Shown here in pieces: positions 6,884 through 12,661 of a DNA stretch of 12,661 bases. The notes below the pieces were generated by a model, which worked only from the letters and a program-made list of their open reading frames with translations, was not told where the DNA came from and ran no database searches. The position numbers and the translations under genes were made by a program. The DNA is from Thermoproteota archaeon. GTDB taxonomy: Archaea > Asgardarchaeota > Jordiarchaeia > Jordiarchaeales > Freyrarchaeaceae. Location: contig JAPDJY010000063.1 in assembly GCA_029258835.1 (NCBI GenBank), positions 1-12,661 on the forward strand, given 5' to 3'. Position 1 is the stretch's first letter; the number at the start of each line of letters is the position of its first letter.

Positions 6884-8437
6884 CTATGGGCCCCCACCAT
6901 CATGGCCATCGGGCAGGTCGCCGAGGGATAGCGTAGGGTCCTCTATGACGTCGATCCTACTATACCGTTTAGCCGTGAAGAGCAGGAATATGGAGCATGA
7001 GGCTACGGTGGCGGAGAGGAGCAGGTAGCCACTACCATCACCTGAACTAGAAGGCAGACTATAGGATAGGATGCTTAATGTGAGGATTAACGGGAGGACG
7101 TGGGTGCCGTGTTCATCCGGCTCCGCGCCAGGATTACCCGGCATTACCGGCTCCGTTGAGGTTACCCTGTAGTTGAGGGTTGTTGAGGCTTTGTTCCCCG
7201 CTTCGTCCCATGCAGTAACCTCTACCTCGTATTCCCCTTCGAATGGGGGTGCTTTTATGATGCCTACCCATACTCCGTCGTTTTCCGTGAGGAGGACGTT
7301 GTTCGCGTAGACTCCTGTTACTTCTGTCTCGTCAACCACCATGACCGTTACCTTCACCGGCCCCCCTGGATTTACGCTGGTGGCGTTTAGGGAGGCGTTG
7401 ACCCTTGGGGGGGTGGCGTCCACGTACAGGTATCTTTCTAGGATGTACTCTTTTCCGTTGCCCACCGCACGTAGTGTAACGGTGTGGTTTCCTTGGGTTT
7501 GAGGCGCCGTGAAAACAGCTTCCCACGAGCATTCACCTGTTTTCGTCATGTTGATGCTGTTCACCAAAACGTAGTTCACGGTTCCCTGTGTTTGAACGGT
7601 AACTTTTATGGCGTCTTGAGGCTTCACGACTGAGGTGTTAAACTGGACACCTGTTATAACTGGATCGCTTGGCTGTGGGGGTTTGTAAACGTAAACCGTA
7701 AAGTTTACCTCGGATGGTGTGTGGGTTTCGTTCCCAGAGTATTTAGCCGTCAAGTTATGGTATCCAAGCTGGGTGCTGCCCGGGATTATGAAGCTGAGGG
7801 TTGCAGTCCCGCTCTCGTCTGTCGGGCCGCTGGAGAGGAGGGTGCCGGAGTCGTCGTAAAGGCTTAGAGTAACTCCTGCCATTCCATTTCCCAAGTTGTC
7901 CTCTAAGTGGAATGTTGCATTGTACATGGCTGAGGGGGTTACGTTCTCCGGGTGGGAAACCACCTCCAGCCTCGTCTCGGAAACTATTCTAACGTCGAAG
8001 AAGGCTGGGTTGGCTGTGTAGTCCGGGTCAGGTGTTAGGTCGTCCTTGACCGGTGTCGCATTTATCACGCGCTCCCCCAAGTCGTAGTCGTCTGGGACGA
8101 GCCACCTGAAATTAGCGTAGCCTGAATCATTGGAGACGAGCACGGTGATAGGCTGATTAAGCTTTTCATCGTAAAAGCAAACGAGCTTGCCGGAAGCCGG
8201 AGCACCTTGCCCGTCGATGACTTGGGTGACCAAGGTCAGCTCGGAGCCCCTGCTGGCAACGATCACTTCCCCGTGCGGCTCAGCCACACCCAACCTTGAC
8301 TTTGAAGCGTACAGTGCTAGCAGATTCGAGTTTGAGCGGTTGCTGAAGCTAGCTTCTACGGTTACCAGAGAAACCACCAGTATAAGTGCTATGATAAGTG
8401 CTATGAGGGAAAACTTCCAGAGCCTCAAGGAAAGCAC
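6884..8437 (-). CDS. Secreted, C-terminally membrane-anchored protein with four Ig-like beta-sandwich domains
   Basis: N-terminal hydrophobic signal segment ending VEA-S; two Big-like repeats (D.qG.p..G..v.fYD...t(n/d).sG.A); two further repeats (P...ikVTV...W.....AP...G.(h/y).v...A); Pro-rich linkers; many N-x-S/T sequons; C-terminal hydrophobic helices followed by KR. Confidence 0.85.
   Translation of the reverse strand: MLSLRLWKFSLIALIIALILVVSLVTVEASFSNRSNSNLLALYASKSRLGVAEPHGEVIVASRGSELTLVTQVIDGQGAPASGKLVCFYDEKLNQPITVLVSNDSGYANFRWLVPDDYDLGERVINATPVKDDLTPDPDYTANPAFFDVRIVSETRLEVVSHPENVTPSAMYNATFHLEDNLGNGMAGVTLSLYDDSGTLLSSGPTDESGTATLSFIIPGSTQLGYHNLTAKYSGNETHTPSEVNFTVYVYKPPQPSDPVITGVQFNTSVVKPQDAIKVTVQTQGTVNYVLVNSINMTKTGECSWEAVFTAPQTQGNHTVTLRAVGNGKEYILERYLYVDATPPRVNASLNATSVNPGGPVKVTVMVVDETEVTGVYANNVLLTENDGVWVGIIKAPPFEGEYEVEVTAWDEAGNKASTTLNYRVTSTEPVMPGNPGAEPDEHGTHVLPLILTLSILSYSLPSSSGDGSGYLLLSATVASCSIFLLFTAKRYSRIDVIEDPTLSLGDLPDGHDGGGP
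8382..8405. repeat. Perfect 12-bp tandem duplication ATAAGTGCTATG x2 in the signal-peptide coding region
   Basis: Read directly from the sequence; encodes the repeated IALI-IALI on the minus strand. Confidence 0.85.
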
Positions 8438-8462
8438 CTAAACACAATAGCTTCACGAAGCA

Positions 8463-8469
8463 ATTTATA
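8463..8469 (-). promoter_or_regulatory. TATA-box candidate (TATAAAT) for the Ig-like gene, implying a leaderless or very short-leader transcript
   Basis: Ends 26 nt upstream of the GTG start at 8437, matching archaeal TATA spacing. The BRE is poor. Confidence 0.45.
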
Positions 8470-8639
8470 CCCAACATTGCAGTAGGCTGCCCTCTGATGC
8501 TCTCCCCGGCTTTTTAACTACTTGAAAAGGGCTCGGGAAGTATAGTAGGATTAGGAGGAGAATGCACAATGCCTTTTGTAGATGACACGTGGAAAACACG
8601 TAGTTCTTGGAAAAAACATTGAGCCATGAAGAGTTTATT

Positions 8640-8654
8640 GAAAAATTTTATTAA
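8640..8654 (+). promoter_or_regulatory. BRE/TATA candidate (gaaaaaattttatta) for the 8721 gene
   Basis: A-rich BRE-like stretch followed by TTTATTA, about 70 nt upstream of the start. RBS AGGAGG at 8707-8712. Confidence 0.4.
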
Positions 8655-8720
8655 CCTGATCGAATCCGAAGGAGATTAAGCCTTTAAAGTGGTTGGTAGG
8701 GTTTAAAGGAGGATTGCTGG

Positions 8721-9056
8721 TTGAACATCGAGAAGCTCCCGGAACTAGTCGAGGTAAACGTGGGAAACTGGAGGGTTGAGGCAGTATACATCATCGACAA
8801 CAACTTTAAGATCTGGGCGTCCAAGGGACCTATAAAAGGGGAAGTCCTAAACTATTACAGGAAGTTTCCCATAGCAGAATTAGAAGTGGGAGATGTGATC
8901 CACAATAGAAACAGCTTCCTCCTAAAAGTAACCGAGAAGACGGGAGTAATAGTGGTCACACCGGAACCATACTACTCGCTCATAGCCGCGGCAAACCTTA
9001 AAGGAAGAATAAACGCTCTCAACGAACTCTACAAGCTAGACCAGCTCATCAAATAA
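8721..9056 (+). CDS. Hypothetical 111-aa protein, possibly profilin/roadblock/longin-like alpha-beta fold
   Basis: TTG start with a strong AGGAGG RBS. VEAVYIIDNNFKIWASKG beta-hairpin, a further three-strand meander (SFLLKVTEKTGVIVVT) and a C-terminal helix. The CDS looks real; the fold is an inference. Confidence 0.65.
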   Translation: MNIEKLPELVEVNVGNWRVEAVYIIDNNFKIWASKGPIKGEVLNYYRKFPIAELEVGDVIHNRNSFLLKVTEKTGVIVVTPEPYYSLIAAANLKGRINALNELYKLDQLIK

Positions 9057-9154
9057 TAGGGAAGGAAGATAAGCTGTTTGGAGGAGGCCCTCAAGACTGC
9101 CGGCTTAACCGACACCACCCTACCGGAGAAAAACTACTTTTAGACAAGGCAGAA

Positions 9155-9162
9155 TTTAAATA
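9155..9162 (+). promoter_or_regulatory. TATA-box candidate (TTTAAATA) for thiI-larE
   Basis: Consensus-like TTTAWATA preceded by the purine-rich ggcagaa, about 47 nt upstream of the ATG at 9209. Confidence 0.5.
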
Positions 9163-9208
9163 TCTCCGCACACCACCTTATTTGTGATCGTTAATTGCAG
9201 GGGAAAAG

Positions 9209-10396
9209 ATGCGAGGATACGAAGGAAACTATGACGCGGTCATCGTTAGGTTTGGGTGCGAGGTAGGCGTTAAAAGCCCTAGAACGCGGGTACGCTACGA
9301 GAGAGAGGTTTGCAGGCAGGTAGGGGAGACTCTAAAAGAGGCAGAGATAAAACACGAAATAGAGCACGTGTTCGGGAGAGCATACATAAAAACCGACGCA
9401 GCCGTTGAAGCGGCGAAGCTAGCGTCACGTGTTTTCGGCGTCTCTTCAACGTCCCCAGCCGTTAAAACAAGCTCGAAGATGGAGGACATAATAAACTCGG
9501 CTCTAAAGGTTGCGGGTGAAGCCTTAAAGGGGAAGAGGTCGTTCGCCGTCAGGTGCAGAAGAGCCGGAAGCCACCCCTACACGAGTATGGACGTCTGCAG
9601 AGAGGTTGGAAGAGCAGTCCTCCAGCACCTCAGGGGGGAAAAGTTAAAGGTAGACTTGAAGGATCCTGAGGTAACCTTAAACATTGAAGTAAGAGACGGG
9701 TATGCATACATCTACACGAGAGAGTTTGAGGGGCCAGGGGGCTTCCCCATCGGAACCCAAGGGAAGGTTGTGTGCCTGCTGAGCGGCGGGATCGACTCCC
9801 CAGTAGCATGCTGGCTCATGATGAGAAGGGGGGCACTCATAACACCAGTATACTTCGACTCGAGCCCAACATTCTCCGACGAAGCCGACAGGACGAAAGC
9901 ACTGGACTGTGCACGAGTCCTCTTCGACTGGGCAGGGAGGAAGGGGAAAATGTACATTGTCCCCCACGAGGAAGCACTGGCAGCCATAAGGGAAGGAGCC
10001 CCTGAAAAGTACACCTGCATCCTCTGCAAGAGGTTCATGTACCAGGTGGCGGAGAGGATAGCCGACTTGGAGGGGGCGGAGGGAATAGTAACTGGGGAGG
10101 CGGTGGGGGAGCAGGCGAGCCAAACCCTCAGAAACCTGAGGGTTCTAAGCGAAGCCGCCAGGAAGTATCCGGTTCATAGGCCACTCCTCGGCTTCGACAA
10201 GGTCGAAACAGAAGCCCTAGCGAGGAAGATAGGCACATACGACATCTCGATTAGGAAGAGTAGAGGGTGTACGGCTTCCCCGAAACACCCTGTTCTCAAA
10301 GCGAAGATGGACGTCGTCTTAGAGCTCGAGGAGCAGGTGGGAGTAGGGAAGCTGGTAGAGGAAGCCTTAAGCGGAATGGAGAAGGTGGAGGTTTAA
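9209..10396 (+). CDS. thiI: tRNA 4-thiouridine(8) synthase ThiI, archaeal type without a rhodanese domain
   Basis: N-terminal VRFG.EVGVKS, THUMP domain (SFAVRCRRAG, KVDLKDPE), GPGGFPIG, PP-loop LLSGGIDSPVA, TGEAVGEQASQTL.NL, RPLLGFDK, and CILC plus a C-terminal GC. Confidence 0.96.
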   Translation: MRGYEGNYDAVIVRFGCEVGVKSPRTRVRYEREVCRQVGETLKEAEIKHEIEHVFGRAYIKTDAAVEAAKLASRVFGVSSTSPAVKTSSKMEDIINSALKVAGEALKGKRSFAVRCRRAGSHPYTSMDVCREVGRAVLQHLRGEKLKVDLKDPEVTLNIEVRDGYAYIYTREFEGPGGFPIGTQGKVVCLLSGGIDSPVACWLMMRRGALITPVYFDSSPTFSDEADRTKALDCARVLFDWAGRKGKMYIVPHEEALAAIREGAPEKYTCILCKRFMYQVAERIADLEGAEGIVTGEAVGEQASQTLRNLRVLSEAARKYPVHRPLLGFDKVETEALARKIGTYDISIRKSRGCTASPKHPVLKAKMDVVLELEEQVGVGKLVEEALSGMEKVEV

Positions 10397-10403
10397 AGAG
10401 GGG

Positions 10404-11201
10404 ATGATTGATAAGAGGACTGAAAGTAAGGTTGACATGGTTCTGAGAGAGCTGAGGGGGAGGGGAAGGGTGGCAGTCGCCCTTTCGGGAGGGGTTGACA
10501 GCTCAACGCTCACAGCCCTAGCGTTTAAAGCCCTTGGAGAGAACGCCATAGCCGTAACCATAAAGTCCCCCCTCACCATTCCAGAGGAAGCCGCCATGGC
10601 GAGGAAGGTGGCTAAGCTGATAGGGGTGAAGCACATAGTTATTCCTTTTAACGAATTAGAGATACCCGGGTTCGACGAGAACCCGCCTGAAAGATGCTAC
10701 CTCTGCAAGAAGAGGCGCAGCCAACTCCTCAAAAAGGAGGTGGGGGGGTACGTGATAGCCGACGGGACAACGGCCGACGACCTAAAGGATTACAGGCCAG
10801 GAATAAGGGCCCTAAAGGAAGAGGGGGTTTGGAGTCCACTCTTAGAGGCAAAACTCACTAAGAAGGAAGTCAGGATGATAGCGGAAGAGCTTGGACTGCC
10901 AAACAGCGATGCACCTCCGAACAGCTGCCTAGCCACAAGGTTCCCTCACGGAGAAAAGCTCACCCCTCAGAAGCTAAGCAAAGTGGCGGAGGCGGAAAGA
11001 GTGGTGAGGGAGACGCTCAGCGTCAGGCTGGTAAGAGTTAGAGTCCATGGCCAGCTAGCCAGGATAGAAGTAGGAGAAGACGAGCTGGAGAAGGCGCTAA
11101 ACAAGCAGAAGCTAAGGGAAGCCGCCGTGAAAATAAGGAAACTAGGATACAGGTTTGCGACACTAGACCTAGAGGGGTATAAACCAGGAAAACACGTCTA
11201 A
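10404..11201 (+). CDS. larE: LarE-family ATP-dependent sulfur transferase (PP-loop)
   Basis: VAVALSGGVDS, NPPERCYLCK, DGTTADDLKDYRPG, SPLLEA..TK.EVR, SCLATRFPHG, VRVRVHG.LARIEV, LDLEGY. Starts 7 bp after the thiI stop. Confidence 0.93.
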   Translation: MIDKRTESKVDMVLRELRGRGRVAVALSGGVDSSTLTALAFKALGENAIAVTIKSPLTIPEEAAMARKVAKLIGVKHIVIPFNELEIPGFDENPPERCYLCKKRRSQLLKKEVGGYVIADGTTADDLKDYRPGIRALKEEGVWSPLLEAKLTKKEVRMIAEELGLPNSDAPPNSCLATRFPHGEKLTPQKLSKVAEAERVVRETLSVRLVRVRVHGQLARIEVGEDELEKALNKQKLREAAVKIRKLGYRFATLDLEGYKPGKHV

Positions 11202-11614
11202 AAAACCGGCAACCACCTACCACCAGCCACCACCAAACCCACATATTCAAAAATTTTCCCCACGACTTTTTAACGGTTCTAAACGAGGTCTCCCCGGTTC
11301 AACCCATGAAAACGTTTAAAGTTCCCCCTCTGAAACCCCGCTCCACCACCGGCAATCTTGCTTAAAAAAGCATTAAGGAGGATGTTATTTGGCGGAGCCC
11401 ACACTTGGGAAGACAATGGAAGGTTAAACCCGAATAGGGAAGAAGGTAGGTGGAACTTCACCCGTTCACCTGAAAAACCATCAATGAACCCTAAGACGGA
11501 AAAACCCACACGAAAACAGCGAAAGCCACTAAAGGAACGGGAACCAAGGCACCATCAGCCCACACACCTAAAAATAAATTCTTTTACAGTACCCTCAAGA
11601 AACAATGCTACAAT

Positions 11615-11630
11615 AACAAAAAAGAAAAAT
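11615..11630 (-). terminator. Probable oligo-T terminator for the minus-strand surface-protein gene
   Basis: aacaaaaaagaaaaat on the + strand, i.e. T-tracts 13-28 nt after the stop on the minus strand. Confidence 0.5.
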
Positions 11631-11642
11631 TAAGATTAGCTT

Positions 11643-12659
11643 TCACTGTTCATCTGCTTCCCGGTCCTGCTCCTCCTCTGAGCCACCCTCCGGCTTCTCT
11701 TCAGCCTCTCTCCCCGCTTCACTCCCCTCTTCCTTTTCCTCCTCCTTCTCTTCTACTTTCTCCTTCAGCAGCCGCTCCTCTTCTTCTTTTTCTAGTTCTT
11801 GGAGTATTGTTGCTGATATGTCTGGTGGGACTCCTACTGTTTCTAGTAGTTTTTCTCTTTCTGCTGGGGTTGAGGCTCTGAGCTCCGCCAGGATGGCGTG
11901 AGCCTCGCCCTCGCTCTTACCTATCTCGACGAGGAGTGGGACGAGCCTGTCAGCAACCTCCGGGGGCACGTACCTCACAGCCCTGGGCTCAACCCCAACC
12001 AGCGCGAGCTCCTCCCTCAGGAGCTGCTCTATGACCGAGTCCCTGGTGAGGGGCTTGCCCGCCTCGACCGGCATCCCCTTACTTATCCTCTCAATCAGGT
12101 AGTCTATCCTCCTGATTATCGGAGGAATCCTAGCCCTCTGCACGTAAACGTAAGAGGCGAATGCTGAGGCAGGTACCAGTACGCTCACGAGAATTGCAGC
12201 GAACACTCTGTAGGGAACGTTCACCAAGGGTATGGTCCACTCGTTTACCTTAAGGAGGACGACCGTCGAAGCCGTCTGGTAGTATGTTTTCTGCGCTTGG
12301 ACTGTTAGTGGTAGCGCTGAGTCTGGCATGCCCGAAACCGGGATTATTGTAAAGTAGAGTCCAGATCCTAACTCCCATACTGGTAAGCCGAGCATGGTTA
12401 AGTTTGCCCCCGTTACAGGTCTTCCATAGTCGTCTTTAATGGTAAATAACAGTGGTACAAATGGAACATTGTTCTCCACCATAGTGTAAGGTCCCACTAT
12501 GAATTTGTTGGATAGTGGCAGTATTACCGTGGTTATAGTGGTGGGTATAGACAAGACGGACAAGGCCATTTTCACGTTTTGATGCTGGTAGTTCTGCTTT
12601 ACCACGTAGAAGGTTATGAGGTAGGTTCCGGGTTCTAGTATGGTCTCACTGAGATTCAG
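11643..12659 (-). CDS. 3' part of a large single-pass membrane protein: Ig-like repeats, TM helix, helical cytoplasmic domain and acidic tail (5' end outside the window)
   Basis: The frame stays open past the track's start at 12605 to the edge (LNLSETILEPGTYLITFYVVKQNYQ). Repeated K..Yq......L.V strand motif; TM segment VFAAILVSVLVPASAFASYVYV followed by the basic QRARIPPIIRRID; Glu/Lys-rich C-terminus. Confidence 0.88.
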   Translation of the reverse strand: MNLSETILEPGTYLITFYVVKQNYQHQNVKMALSVLSIPTTITTVILPLSNKFIVGPYTMVENNVPFVPLLFTIKDDYGRPVTGANLTMLGLPVWELGSGLYFTIIPVSGMPDSALPLTVQAQKTYYQTASTVVLLKVNEWTIPLVNVPYRVFAAILVSVLVPASAFASYVYVQRARIPPIIRRIDYLIERISKGMPVEAGKPLTRDSVIEQLLREELALVGVEPRAVRYVPPEVADRLVPLLVEIGKSEGEAHAILAELRASTPAEREKLLETVGVPPDISATILQELEKEEEERLLKEKVEEKEEEKEEGSEAGREAEEKPEGGSEEEQDREADEQ

Positions 12660-12661
12660 GC

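Noticed and set aside
11279-11633. ORFs of 76 and 91 aa in the larE / surface-protein spacer
   Set aside because: Their composition reflects the A/C-rich low-complexity spacer, and there is no recognisable domain.
1-12661. CRISPR array, tRNA/rRNA, IS element, or DGR-type repeat pair
   Set aside because: By eye I saw no regularly spaced repeats, cloverleaf, transposase or reverse-transcriptase ORF, or long near-identical repeat. A dot plot and tRNAscan/Infernal runs would be needed to exclude weak cases.

Overview
An archaeal chromosomal window, most consistent with an Asgard-type or related TACK lineage; this assignment is inferred from gene content and protein motifs only. Left to right it contains: (1) one reading frame, open from the window edge to 2335, that joins a middle part of an aIF-2B/eIF-2B-family protein to a 5'-truncated intein and the C-terminal part of a class II (B12-dependent) ribonucleotide reductase; (2) cob(I)alamin adenosyltransferase; (3) a YbjN-like protein; (4) a long-chain acyl-CoA synthetase; (5) a small winged-helix protein; (6) a secreted, membrane-anchored four-domain Ig-like protein; (7) a small protein with a possible profilin/roadblock-like fold; (8) a thiI-larE pair of Fe-S-type PP-loop sulfurtransferases; (9) the 3' end of a large Ig-repeat surface protein with a cytoplasmic tail. 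I found no rRNA, tRNA, CRISPR array or transposase. The most unusual feature is the in-frame aIF-2B / intein-RNR junction near 209-217, which is either a misassembly or a real rearrangement. I cannot demonstrate a complete new system from this window alone.
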